Below are positions 21,586 through 33,557 of a stretch of DNA of 64,000 nucleotides, piece after piece. The notes beneath the pieces are model-generated. The model had not been told where the DNA came from. It saw only the letters and a list, made by a program, of their open reading frames with translations, and ran no database searches. Every line of letters begins with the position of its first letter. Position 1 is the stretch's first letter. The DNA comes from Mayamaea pseudoterrestris (taxonomy: Eukaryota): positions 1 to 64,000 of the forward strand of contig BROI01000037.1 in NCBI GenBank assembly GCA_027923505.1, written 5' to 3'. A program made the translations under genes and the position numbers.

Positions 21586-22234
21586 CTATTTAGCAAGCGG
21601 TTCAATCTCGATAACTGCTTCCACTTCCACTGAAATATCAAGAGGCAGAGTGCTCGTTCCAACTACGAGACAAGAATGGCAAGGAGTCAGTGTCGAAGCA
21701 TCACAGCACAAATGAAATATTAAGCACGCTAACTACAATATACTTACTCGCTGATCTGGCGTGATAACCAACTGGTTTTCCAAACACTTCCATCATGACA
21801 TCACTGCAGCCATCCATCACCTTGTGCTGCTCCTTGAAATCTTCCGTCGACTGAACGATTCCAAACACCTTGACAACTTGCTTGACGCGATCCAAATCTC
21901 CTAGCTGCTCCTTTAAGGTACTGATAATATTTAATCCGGCCCATCGAGCCGCTTCATATCCATGTTCTACAGTCGCATGGGTTGGCCCAATGCGACCAGT
22001 CATGAGACTACCATCGACTTTGACCGGCAAATGGCCGGAAATGTAGAGCGTATTTCCGTCGCCTCCAGCATGACAAACAATGTTGTAGTTGGCCTTTGGT
22101 TGCGGCGGCGATGGAAGAGTAATGTTGAGCTCCTCAAGCTTCTTTTCAATGTGGATCCATCGGCCGCCAGTGCTTCGAGAGCTTGGAGCAGCGGTAGATT
22201 TTTGTAAGGCCCTTAATGAACGTAGGGACATCAT
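21586..22234 (-). CDS. RidA/YjgF/YER057c/UK114 family protein, probably mitochondrial
   Basis: LEELNITLPSPPQPKANY...LYISGHLP...GYEAARWAGLNIISTLK..LGDLDRVKQVVK...HARSA|IGTSTLPLDISVEVEA, with one GT-AG intron (~21747-21663). R/S-rich N-terminus lacking acidic residues. Confidence 0.88.
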
Positions 22235-22751
22235 TGTGAAAGGAAAGCTATTGTTGTGCTTGATTTGGTGGCTTTTATGGCCGAACGAGAGAAACAGAAA
22301 CATCGTCATGCCGCGAAGCTGCATGCGTGACGTTGAACTGGTCTCTGTGCGACATCAAGCTACCGTATGTTTCGCGACCATGGTCATGCCTGTCATTTGC
22401 ACCGGGATCGATGTACTTGTAATACCGGTACGCGGGACGAACATGGGCATCAATGTACACTCGTTTGATGATTTATGAGTCTACTTGTGATTCCGTGATC
22501 GAAGAAATTATCGATCGCTATGTGCGCTTTGCTCTCGGCTAAGCGTAGCATTTACTTTTCAAGCATGCTATCGGTACTATGCAATGAAGATAAACGATGC
22601 TATGAAGCTAAATCTGTTCGTATTAATAGGTTTTATATGCAGGTATCAATAAATGTTGGTTACTATATGCAAAACACTTGACAACTCGACCTTTGCGACA
22701 CTTTGTAAAAGCGCCCGGGAATCAACAAGCTTCTAGTCAAACCAAGTTGAC

Positions 22752-23896
22752 TTAGGCAGTCTCCTGGTTGCCCGTGTACGTGAAGCGAATGTGCGGGTTA
22801 CGGACCTTGGCAAATGCAGCAACACCAGACTCGCGCAAGCAGTTGGCAAAGGTTGCTTCAAAGGCTTGGTGCTCACCCATGGTCAAGCGCGACATGGCAA
22901 GTGGAGGAACAAACTTGCGGTCATCGTCGGAGCACCATCGGCAGGTGTAGACGGTGTGGAACCAGTTCCAGGTGCGCGCACTGCTAGTGATTTTCTTCAA
23001 ATTGGGAGTAGTTAGCGCATCCTCATCGTCGTCATCTTCGGGTGTATCGATCTGTCGCTCCAAAGTGTAGTCGATAAGGGAGTATGGACTGTCGGCGTGA
23101 ACCATGTTGTAGGTGTCCTTTAAGCAGTTGCCAATGACGACCATGCGGTTCTCATTGAGGGAAGAGTCATCGATGGACTTGAGGACATGACTAATGTCGA
23201 GCTCTCCGCGCATCTCGCCGCGGAAGCTGTCTTCATCGGCCGTCTTGACGTGGCGCAGCTTGTTCGCATCACTGAGACTGTAGGTGAAGTCAATCTGGCA
23301 CTTGGTGACCTCCGCGAAGGATGTGGGATCGGCATTGGCAATGAGCTTGCAGAAGGTAGATTCAAACTGAGAGTGAAGGTCGGGGTACTCGAGCGCTCCG
23401 AGCATGACGGGAGGGAGAATCTTCTTGCTCTTCTTGTCCACTGTAAATGAACAATTACAAGAAATGCGTGAGAGGACATGCAATGCGCAACAAGAACTCG
23501 AAGAGAAGCGCATTATTACTTACTGGGAGTGCAATCCGGACAAGTATACTTGAAGCGAACCCAGCTGTTTGACTCCCAGTAACGTCCAGTTCCAGGAATG
23601 GCACTGTTGCCATCTTCAGGGACCTCGAGTTCCGTGTCGACGAAGGTCCAGTCAATGTAAGGAGCTCCCTCGCCCGTGTGGACGTCATTGTAGGCTTGCT
23701 TGAACGAGTCGCTAATGATCTTGTTGCTCCATTTACCAGGCGTGCTAACATGACTGAGAATGATCGTGGCGGTTCCAAACTCGGCTTCCTTCAAAGCCTC
23801 CGCGTCTTGCTTGGCGTTGCCTCGGATGAGACCAGTGGCTTGGACGGAAGCTACTGCCAAGAGGAAAGTCGCGATGATGGGGGTGGCAAACTTCAT
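22752..23896 (-). CDS. Secreted hypothetical protein with two W..Y-T-CxxC motifs
   Basis: Signal peptide MKFATPIIATFLLAVASVQA; intron 23523-23441 joins the two ORFs in frame; WVRFKYTCPDCTP and WNWFHTVYTCRWCSDDD. Confidence 0.7.
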
Positions 23897-24324
23897 AGTG
23901 ACGAGTGAGCGGATTGACAGGCGAATGCGATGCCAGTTTCGATTTTGTGAGAGGAAGCTCTCGTTTGCGCATTTACTCCAGTCACACTTGCTCAACGATG
24001 CGACTGCAGGGGCGGCGTATGTGGGAAATGTACCAAGACGTAGAATCTGTACTGGCAACGTCGTAGCAAGTGGGAAGGGTCAATCACGTAGAAACTGTAC
24101 CAGTCGTGCACTTCGTACTATCAAGCAAGTATAAGGTGTTCCCCACTGCTGTATCGGCTACCCTTCAGATAAGCAGCTACCCTTACCACTTGGCGCTAGT
24201 CTAAGACCAAGCCTACATCATACCGCATCGGCACAACGTACAAACTTGGCAGTCATCCACTCGCGCGAATCGTAGTATAACAAAGTTAAAACAGAAGTGT
24301 AAAAGTACTGTAATGACATTCCCA

Positions 24325-26114
24325 TCATCTTTCAACAAGCTCAGGTACTTCGATCCGCGGAAAAATGGGAGTAGGTTTCGCGATGGGAGTGCCTGGCTTG
24401 ATTCGATACGCATCATCCAAATGAGCAAATGTTCGCTCAGTTAATGGGACAGTGAGAGCATCCAGAATCTTGTTAGCCGAAGTAGGAATCAATGGCTGAT
24501 AAAGAATCGCCGAGTAGCGAAGGACTTCCATGATGACGTATAAAACCGTAGCCATTCGCTCGGGATCTTCCTTTCGCAGCACCCACGGCGCCATGGTGTC
24601 AATGTACTTGTTGGCATCCCATATATGGGTCACTAACGCTTCAACGTACTTTTGAATCGACTGCACGGCAATGGCTGCACCAGTGGTTTCTCTCAACGAT
24701 CGCGTTGATGCCAACAAGGCTTCATCCTCGGGAGTGAGCGCCTGCGGTTCCGGAACACACTTGTCGCAATTCTTAAACACCAGCGTCAAAGTTCGCTGAC
24801 ACAGATTTCCCAGCTCATTCGCCAAGTTGGTGTTGCACTTTTGTATCATGGCAAGGTCTGAGTAATCTCCATCGTTCCCAAAGTTGACTTCGGACATGAG
24901 AAAAAATCTCGTTTGGTCGACTCCGTAACGCTCCACCAAATCCAGAGGGTCAATAACATTTCCAATCGATTTCGAAATCTTTTGACCATCCTTTGTCCAC
25001 CATCCATGCGCAAACAACCGCCTTGGCACCGGCAAGCCTGCCGCCATGAGTATAGCTGGCCAGTAGACTGCGTGAAAGCGAAGAATGTCCTTGCCGACAA
25101 CGTGCAAAACGTTGGGCCAGTACTTGTCGTAGTCGGATCCTTCATTCGTGTCGGGGTAGCTAAGGGCGGAAATGTAGTTGGCGAGTGCATCGATCCAAAC
25201 ATACATGACGTGGTCATCGTCGCCAGGAACTGAAACTCCCCATTTGAACGACGTTCGACTAATGGACAAGTCTCGCAAGCCGCCCTTGACAAAGGACAAG
25301 ACTTCGTTGCGACGACCTTCTGGTGCGATAAAGTCGGGATTTTCATCATAATACTGCAGTAGCTTGTCTTGGTACTCGCTCAAGCGAAAGAAATACGACT
25401 TTTCCTTGGCAACCCACTCCACGTCGGCTCCGGTTGGTGCCTTGCCGTCCACTAGCTCCGATTCCGTGTAAAAGCATTCGTCGCGAATCGAGTACCAGCC
25501 TTCGTAGTTGCCCATGTATATTTGGTCCTTTTGCTTCAAGACGTTCCAAAGATGCTGCGTCACCAAAGAAACACGTGAGTATTTAAAAAGCCCACAATTG
25601 ACATATCATGCATTGTCAATCGTTGGCTCCTGCAACAACATACCTGTACGGCTTTCTTATGATCAGGTTGCGTCGTTCGAATAAACTTGTCATGAGAAAT
25701 ATTCAGCAACTCGAGCAAGTCGGAAAAGTTGACGGAAACTTGATCGACAAAGTCTTGTGGATCGACGCCAGCCTTGGCGGCCGACTGCTCCACCTTTTGT
25801 CCATGTTCATCCGTGCCGGACAGAAAGAACACTTGACGGCCCGAGAGACGCATGTAGCGGGCGAGCACGTCGCATGCTGTTGACGTATAGGCGTGTCCAA
25901 TGTGCGGCTTGTCGTTCACGTAGTAAATAGGAGTGGTGATTTGAATGGGACTCGTGCCGTCGTCAAAGGATGTGGCTGGTGTTCCAATCGTTGTGGAGAA
26001 CAGATGAAATGGTTGGCGAATGGACGTGAGCGCCCTTGTAACGAAACCATGCACAACATTACTTCTGCTTGCTATGGAAAGAGATAGCAGCATGATGCTA
26101 CAAAGTCTCCACAT
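24325..26114 (-). CDS. metG: Methionyl-tRNA synthetase, bacterial-type, organellar
   Basis: ITTPIYYVNDKPHIGHAY (HIGH), GTDEHGQK, YVWIDAL, GKDILRFHAVYWPA, KISKS (KMSKS). Intron 25643-25555. N-terminal signal plus VHG-F motif. Confidence 0.95.
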
Positions 26115-26547
26115 GGATTCGTATTTAGAGCAGGTGCGGTCGTCAATGAACAATAACTGTGTGCTCGAGGCGAGTTGCTGACTGCGTCGGTCAATGGCAA
26201 TTTCTTGTCGCTAAAAACGCAACGAATTGTCTTGAAACTACACGAGTTGATGAGCCTATGCTACAAGATGCGTTCAATACTGAAAGGAAAGATCAAGCCA
26301 CGCAATGTGATCATCCATCATCGTTTCGCGCAGTCAGAGCGAACGTCCGTCAGCCATCATCGAATGTCGCACCAAAACTAAGAGTCGCTTCGGTACTGAA
26401 TGAGTTGATCCCACCGGTACTACGACACGTGTCGCCGATTGGCGTCGAACGACCACCATGGCACCATTGGCGACTTGCGCATTTCGCTCCACGCTGCACC
26501 GCTCGCACGCTCCATACAAACTTGCACTGCGCTCCTTACATTACTGA

Positions 26548-27651
26548 ATGATCCTTGGTTCATCATCCTTGTGGTCTCGCTGCTCTCTGACGACTCGACG
26601 ACGACAATTTTTTTTGCTCCTTTCGCTTCCAACTTTTTGTCGTAGCTTGGCCAGCATGTCATATTCCACGGAACGAACCGTTTCGGCCGATGGAACTACC
26701 ACGATTTCACTCACTCCCATTCCCGAAACCAAGCAATCCGCTCTTGTCGTGTTGGCGCATGGTTTGGGCGACTCGGCGGACGGACTCGAAGATGTCGCCC
26801 AAGTCTTGATCAAGCAACTGCCTTATGCGAAATTCATATTGCCGACGGCACCAACGCAGCCCGTCACGCTGAACGGCGGCATGCGCATGAACAGCTGGTA
26901 CGATATCGTTGGACTGGACGAGCGCTCCAATGAATCGTGTGTGCGCATCGAGGAGTCGCGCCAGAAGGTGACGGAGATTTTGAACCGCGAGCATGAGGAA
27001 AATAAGTTGCCCTACTCGCGCATGGTACTGGCAGGCTTTTCGCAGGGTGGCGCCCTGAGTCTATATACTGGCTTGCAAATGCCAGAAAAGCTGGCTGGTG
27101 TTTGCGTACTGAGTGGGTATTTGCCGCATGCAGCTCAATTTAAAATTACAAGTGGATCGGAAGATGTTCCAGTCTTTCATGGACAGTAAGTTTGTGATGT
27201 ATGCAAGAAGCAAAACAAAGTGAAGAACAAAAGTTTGAGAGTTGTTATGCGAGCTGTCTAATATTGGTTTGCTGATAGACTGCCGACTCATGCATGCCCC
27301 TTTCTCGATCTCACTCACTTTTACAGTGGCACGCAGGATCCGGTCGTTCCGTACCGCATGGCCGAAAAGAGCCAGCAGGCTGTCACGGCCAAGGGGTGCA
27401 AGTCCTATACACTCAAGTCGTATGCGGTGGGTCATTCGATTCATCCCGACGAGCTGAAGGACGCGACGGAGTTTTTACGAAACGTCTTGCCGGACGATGA
27501 TTCGTTTTGCATTCAACTCAAGGATCCGAGCGAAATGAGTATCAAGGAGCTCAAAGCAGCGATTCGCAAGGCAGGCTTGCAGCACAAGGCGGTAGGTTTG
27601 ATGGAGAAGCATGAGTTTGTCAAGCTGGTACAAGAATCTCGCAACAAATGA
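26548..27651 (+). CDS. Acyl-protein thioesterase / phospholipase-carboxylesterase with C-terminal SAP/LEM-like helical domain
   Basis: HGLGDS, ILPTAP..PVTLNGGMRMNSWYDI, nucleophile GFSQGG, VFHGH|GTQDPVV across intron 27186-27326, GHS. Tail MSIKELKAAIRKAGL...EKHEFVKLV. Confidence 0.88.
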
Positions 27652-27971
27652 GCGGTATAGTAGCAGCAAAATCGTTGGAACATGCGCTGCCTGCGATGAC
27701 GGTTGTATGGCCGTATTAGAGCTGCAGCGGAACAACAGAGTATGTGGAGTTTAGCTTTTGTAGTTACTGTGCAATTACTTATCATTTAGAGTGTATCTAA
27801 TACTCTATGTAGTCTTGGTAACCCGCAATTGATGTACCTACAATTTACCTTGCCAATTGAACTACAACTCTCACCTACGCACGGTCAAGCTTGACGCAAG
27901 ACATCCAAGTGTATGCAAACCGTGCTGAAAAATTAAAGTGAAACTAATCTTTACTCGTTCATCATTGCAAT

Positions 27972-28471
27972 TTATTCATCCCCATGCGTCCGCTTGCTTC
28001 CATTATACTTTTTGGCAAACTTTTGGTTGCGTAGAAACTTGGGGTCCATGCCTCGGGTGGATACAAACTTGGACTTTTTCGCCTTTTTGATTCCATTGGC
28101 GTGCGCCTTGCGCGTATTGTTGTGGGCGCAAGTGTTCTTTTGCTGTAAAGTTGTTAACAAGAAAGAGTGAAAGAGTTGGACAAGATGCAGGCAGAGGTGA
28201 GACGGTGCGATGCGGCGACAACATTAAATGAGCACTTTCTCAATAAAAAAGTCATTCCCCATTGCTTCCTCAATCCTCGGCGAGATGTTAAGGTTTGATG
28301 AAGCGTCCTTTGACTCATTCAAGCGTCGATAAATTTATTTCATTAATTATTCTTGCTGCCATGAAGCGGCAAAAACAAGCAAATCGGCCAGCGCGACAAC
28401 GGCTCGATGCACCGTTGAGTTTAGCGTCGAGTCAATCGTCAGACAAATTTATTGCTACGGACCTTGACCAT
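27972..28471 (-). CDS. RPL29: 60S ribosomal protein eL29
   Basis: Micro-exon ATG GTC AAG (28471-28463), intron 28462-28143, then QKNTCAHNNTRKAHANGIKK...RGMDPKFLRNQKFAKK. Confidence 0.9.
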
Positions 28472-29135
28472 TTTGACAGATTTCTAAGTGCAAAGGAAGG
28501 ATGCTTTGATCGGATCGATGTCGTCGTCAAGCTTGCACATTCGAGTCTGTCGCGCCGCAACGTCGAGTAACGCGGTAGACGGTAATCGCGATCCGTCGCA
28601 TGTGCTGTTGACTCCCATGCGGCCAAAGACGTTTTGGTCGCTCCGCGCGCGCCGGCTCAAATGACCGTTTCCGATGACCAGCCACCACACTCGAATTTCA
28701 GCGACGAAAGGCTTGCATTCTCCGCCCTCCCAAGGAAAGGCCAAGGACTACCACTAGAGCATAATTACAAAGAGGGGTTTTACATTGTTTACTTGAGCAA
28801 GACGATTTCCTTACGCCACCATTAGTTCGACGTTTCAGCGCCGTTTCAGCAGCAGCCCCAGTCTTTCGTTTTGGGAAGACATTGAGCTCGCCAACCACCA
28901 CAACAACTCCAGCAGCCACCAAGACCAAGACGACAACGCAAACGCGAGCAGTACGACAAACAGCAGGCCTCGGTCATTCACAGGAAACGGCAGCGACCAA
29001 TCAAACCATTCATCCGTCTCGCAGCAGCAGCTACAACCACCAGCAACGCAACGGCGACGAACCAGGCGACGAAAGCAACACCAATATTTCATTGCTCATT
29101 GCTGCTCCTGCTTTGACGCTTGCTCACTATTTACA

Positions 29136-30440
29136 ATGCAACCGAAACCAACCATTACAAGATCGGAATCCTATGCGTATCCAAGCAATAACCGCAAAAC
29201 CATCATGAGCAAGCTGCAGTACGTTTGCCGACACCACTCGAGCGTCGTGTTGATTGTTTGTTGCATGATCGTCGTTTGCCTCTTTTGCGCCGCGACGCTG
29301 CTGGAAATGGATCAAAACACGAGTGGCGGCAGTCGCTTTTACATGCGCCGGCGATACAGTAGCAACGATAGTAGCGCCATGCTGCATTGGGGCGGCGCCG
29401 TACGCCCCGGCTACTTTTTCGCGTCGGACGCAATCAAGAGCGCCAACGAGTTTCACTTTAGCGCCGTGACGGATCTGGATGAGTTGAGCAAGCTAAAACC
29501 CGAGTCAAGCAAGCCGGAGTTCTATTCCACATTTTTGGGCGGCATTCTCACCAAGACGTCCAAAAACAATCGACCATGGTACACCATGGAGCTGCACGAC
29601 TCTGATACGCGCCAACTAGTGACCAAGCACAACGAGGCTGGTCGCGGCGCCGAGTTTAGCGAATTGGTCATTTTCAACGGCCGCTTGCTGACCTTTGACG
29701 ACCGCACGGGCGACGTGTTTGAAATACTAAACACACCCGACGGCAACGACTCGTTTGTGGTGCCTCGATTCGTCATTACCGAAGGCAACGGCGAAACCGA
29801 CAAGGGCATGAAGTGGGAGTGGGCCACTGTCAAAGATGATGAATTGATCATGGGCAGCATGGGCAAGGAATATACGCATCAGGATGGTACTGTCAAGAAT
29901 CGAAACAACTTGTGGGTTGGCATTTTGAACGCGCGGGGAGAACTGCGACGGGAGGACTGGACGTCAAAGTATCAAGTGGTACGTCAGGCGCTGGGAGCGG
30001 CCTCGCCTGGCTACATGATTATCGAGGCGGCCAATTGGTCGCCAATGCTGCGCAAGTGGGTCTTTTTGCCGCGACGAATATCATCGGAAGCGTACGATGA
30101 AAACAAGGATGAAATGAGAGGTGGTCACCAACTTGTGTTACTGGACGAGGACTTTACCAACCCAAAAGTGATTGATTTGAAAATGACGAGTCTGGATCCG
30201 CTCAAGGGCTTTTCCACCTTTGCGTTTGTGCCAAACTCGGACGACAAGCACGCTCTGGCCATTCGATCCGTTGAGGAGAATTGCGTGGACTTTACCGCAA
30301 GGTGTCAGCAGCGCACGTACTTTCTTGTCATTGACGTGACAACGGGCGAGCAGCTATCCGACGAGCTCACGTACAAGGACAAGGTCAAGTTTGAAGGCGT
30401 CGAATTTGTAAACATGCACGTCAAGCCGCCAAAGCTATAG
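29136..30440 (+). CDS. CANT1: Calcium-activated nucleotidase / apyrase (CANT1 family), type II membrane protein
   Basis: TM VVLIVCCMIVVCLFCAA; VTDLD, GRGAEFSELVIFNGRLLTFDDRTG, GMKWEWATVKD..LIMGSMGKEY, WVFLPRR, KGFSTFAFVP, KFEGVEF. Confidence 0.92.
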   Translation: MQPKPTITRSESYAYPSNNRKTIMSKLQYVCRHHSSVVLIVCCMIVVCLFCAATLLEMDQNTSGGSRFYMRRRYSSNDSSAMLHWGGAVRPGYFFASDAIKSANEFHFSAVTDLDELSKLKPESSKPEFYSTFLGGILTKTSKNNRPWYTMELHDSDTRQLVTKHNEAGRGAEFSELVIFNGRLLTFDDRTGDVFEILNTPDGNDSFVVPRFVITEGNGETDKGMKWEWATVKDDELIMGSMGKEYTHQDGTVKNRNNLWVGILNARGELRREDWTSKYQVVRQALGAASPGYMIIEAANWSPMLRKWVFLPRRISSEAYDENKDEMRGGHQLVLLDEDFTNPKVIDLKMTSLDPLKGFSTFAFVPNSDDKHALAIRSVEENCVDFTARCQQRTYFLVIDVTTGEQLSDELTYKDKVKFEGVEFVNMHVKPPKL

Positions 30441-30867
30441 TGCGAACAATCATATATAGATTGTAAAGCTAGCATTGGTTTTGTGTATGTCTTATAACAC
30501 TCCTATGAGAATAGCATTAGAAAGCAGCAATAGCCATTATGGATATACATCTGACCAGCTGATAGTCTGCCGTCAGGTGAGCCGAATTGCCGCAAGCCAA
30601 CAGACGGCGTAACATAGATTGACGCAGGCGATATGCACATCCAAAACACTCACTGCATCATTAAAAAAGGCTGTAAATTCACCTTTTCTGGTGCGTTCCC
30701 GCTTGATGTAAACAAAGCCATCAGCTAACGTGGAAACAACGTATAACGGAGCGACATATTTTATAACAGTGCGACAATCGGTGACTTGAATCGTCGTCAC
30801 CATGGGATTTTCCTTCACTATCTTTGGCAACGTCTTCATCCCATTGCAGCGTTAAGTAATTATTACT

Positions 30868-32208
30868 ATGCGTGAAATACCGTCCCTTCAAAACCTCTGC
30901 CTCCGTTCCGTCGGTCCCATATCGTGCAGCGCCGAGGCGACCTTTGCAACGTCATCGAGTGGAGATGCCGAAAATGAATCAAGCAAGGCCAGTAGCAAGA
31001 CGCCTTCCTTGGCATCCAGTCTATTGAGAAGCTTCCACACCAACTTGTATGTCAAGCGGACTCCCTGCATTGGAACTGGCAGCGCCCGGCGCGTCAATGG
31101 CAATGAAGTTGACATGTTTCATCCCCTAGGTGCAGTCGTTGAAACGAACGATGCATCTGCCTCCAGCACTACAGCTAGTCAGCAGCAGCAGCAGCAGCTA
31201 CTAGTGTTTGAGCACGGCAATCCAGCAAATGACTGCCTGCAGAGCTTCATTGATTCATTGGTGGAACTGGGACGCATGGACGACCAGCGACTGGGGGTGC
31301 ATTTCTTTGAGGAGTGGAAGCAAAACGTGATATTGGCTGCCACAACAACTAACAATAAAGACGACGACGCTTCGTCTCGCAAACGGCGCAAAATGGAATC
31401 TGCAAATCACACTACTCCACTCGGTGCATTGTCGCTGTACAATTGCAACTTGGCGCAGGAAACCTTTGATTGTATGCGCGACACCAAGATTGGTCCGCAC
31501 TTGGCGACGCTCGACTTGACTGGCATTCGCGGCTTGACCAATGACTTGCTTGATTCGCTGCTGCCAGACTGTCCCAATCTAATGCAATTGGCGTTGAAGA
31601 ATTGTCGGCGCCTGACGAACATTTACAGCGTGGGCAAGCATCAAAAGAAGCTAATGACTCTGGACATTGGTGGAACGTACAATATCAATACGGATCACGT
31701 ACTGGAAATTGTTCCGCAACTACCACAGCTGAAACGATTGCACGCCAGCGGCTTGAACTGGACGGATACAAGCATGGCTGCATTGGTGGAATTGCGGCAA
31801 GGTGACTGGCAGCACTTGAGCTTTTCCTTTAGCTTGACGCTTTCGCAAACGGCCCTTCGACAAACCATACTTCCACTATCAGACACGCTCACCTGTTTGG
31901 CGTTAGCCTTTTGCGATACTCTCGTGGACAATGCCACCATGGGACTGCTCGGTCGCAATCTGCCACTGGTGCGAGCGTTGGATGTGCGCGGCAATCCGGC
32001 GCTCACGACACTGACGGGTTGGTACGACGGACGTGTTTCGGCCGACTTGCCGGCCCAGCCACTGAGCGTGCTTGGTCGCTACAGCGGCCTGTCCGAAACG
32101 AGTGTGGAGGAAACCAAAAAGGTGCATCCCAACGAAACGCTGGATCTAGTAGTTTGTCTAAATGCTGGGGGCATGGGAGCGGCGATATTGGTTGAGAATC
32201 TTGAATGA
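30868..32208 (+). CDS. Leucine-rich repeat (RNI/FBXL-like) protein with N-terminal BC-box-like motif
   Basis: IPSLQNLCL at the N-terminus; LRRs LATLDLTGIRGLTND, LMQLALKNCRRLT, LMTLDIGG, LKRLHASG, LTCLALAFC, VRALDVRGNPALT. Confidence 0.7.
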   Translation: MREIPSLQNLCLRSVGPISCSAEATFATSSSGDAENESSKASSKTPSLASSLLRSFHTNLYVKRTPCIGTGSARRVNGNEVDMFHPLGAVVETNDASASSTTASQQQQQQLLVFEHGNPANDCLQSFIDSLVELGRMDDQRLGVHFFEEWKQNVILAATTTNNKDDDASSRKRRKMESANHTTPLGALSLYNCNLAQETFDCMRDTKIGPHLATLDLTGIRGLTNDLLDSLLPDCPNLMQLALKNCRRLTNIYSVGKHQKKLMTLDIGGTYNINTDHVLEIVPQLPQLKRLHASGLNWTDTSMAALVELRQGDWQHLSFSFSLTLSQTALRQTILPLSDTLTCLALAFCDTLVDNATMGLLGRNLPLVRALDVRGNPALTTLTGWYDGRVSADLPAQPLSVLGRYSGLSETSVEETKKVHPNETLDLVVCLNAGGMGAAILVENLE

Positions 32209-32690
32209 TACATGTACGGTGGATGACACGAGTCTCCTTTACTCCACTTTATACCCGTATGTATCTGATGACCGGCAAAGTGGTTACTGTTGAATGTTTT
32301 CGAGCTTGTGCACGCTTGCTCGCGATGACGGCAGAGTAATGCTTTACGAGTAGGTTCTTCTTTTCCGGGACACAGATGCCTTAGTAGTCTTACGTCGTAC
32401 TTGCAAGCTACACTCCATGGTCGTTTATTTGTTTAAATCAATCAACGGAATGAATCCTATGCAGCGGTTTTAAATTGTAAGACGGAGTAGCGCAGCATTG
32501 AGCTTTGCCATAAACGTTAGGCGCACTGACAAGAGCAGTCTACCGCGAGCGTTCAGCCGCACAGGATGCGCATGAGCGCTTAATCAACTCATGCTAGACC
32601 CGAGCATCCAATTTAATTATTTAATTCAATCAAAAAGAGGTGCAAAGTCGAAGCGACAACTTAGATGCTTCGAAAGATAACACCGTGCTC

Positions 32691-33449
32691 ATGGAAAGCA
32701 TGCGGCAAATGCCAATGATTTTATTGATCAGCCTGCTTTGTATTAACACTGTGGCACACGAGCCCACGAAATCCACTTTAACAGGCCTCGCAATCCAGTT
32801 CGAAGGAGTCAGTGCACTCTCGAAAGACTCACTGCAGTCTCGTGAAGAAGTTATCAAACATTGGTTCAAAGTTCTAACGCGGGATATTACATTGCGTCGC
32901 CCTTTAAGCCGCAGTCTCAGGAGGCTTCAAGTCTACGGTGCATGGGGATCGGATCCATTAACCTTCGGCTTGGCAAACGTCACAACTTCCTACAAGGTCA
33001 CTGGCCAAGCGACTAGTGAAGGCGGTGCAACAACCATTTATTTTGACCAAGAAATTAGCTTTCTTACCAGATACACGGCTGACTCGGCGGCGGTGGTTGC
33101 CAAGCTGCCATTTGGCTATGAAAAGGGCAAGCTGGCTTACTTTGTCATACTTGAGAGGGAGGTCGTAGGTTTTGAAACCGTCGGCAAGCCCTTTTCGACA
33201 AGCCCAATTAATGATACGTCGACTGCATCACCGACCAACGAAACGTCAACGGATATTAGCAGCTCAGCTACGAATGCAACGACAAGTGCTGGCGATGAAA
33301 CCGACTCCTCCGAGATGGATGATGAGGGCGGCATTGCGGCTGGCGCAATTGTAGGAATCATTCTCGCAGCCGCCTACGTTGGAGTGATTCTGCTTTGCTT
33401 CGTCCGTATGGTTTGCAGCTGCGTCCGGACGACAACGATGTGTCGTTAG
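32691..33449 (+). CDS. Single-pass membrane protein, RXL-containing diatom family (homologous to 46480 and 55469 proteins)
   Basis: Signal-like MPMILLISLLCINTVA; RSLRRLQ; IYFDQEISF...KLPF; TM IAAGAIVGIILAAAYVGVILLCFV. Confidence 0.7.
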   Translation: MESMRQMPMILLISLLCINTVAHEPTKSTLTGLAIQFEGVSALSKDSLQSREEVIKHWFKVLTRDITLRRPLSRSLRRLQVYGAWGSDPLTFGLANVTTSYKVTGQATSEGGATTIYFDQEISFLTRYTADSAAVVAKLPFGYEKGKLAYFVILEREVVGFETVGKPFSTSPINDTSTASPTNETSTDISSSATNATTSAGDETDSSEMDDEGGIAAGAIVGIILAAAYVGVILLCFVRMVCSCVRTTTMCR

Positions 33450-33557
33450 TGACCGGCACAAGTACGGTGACGAAAAAGTAGTTTTAGACATGTATTCTGA
33501 TGGATGGACGATAATGTCGCTAGCTTGATGGTGGACAATTTTCAGTAATAGGTGCCA

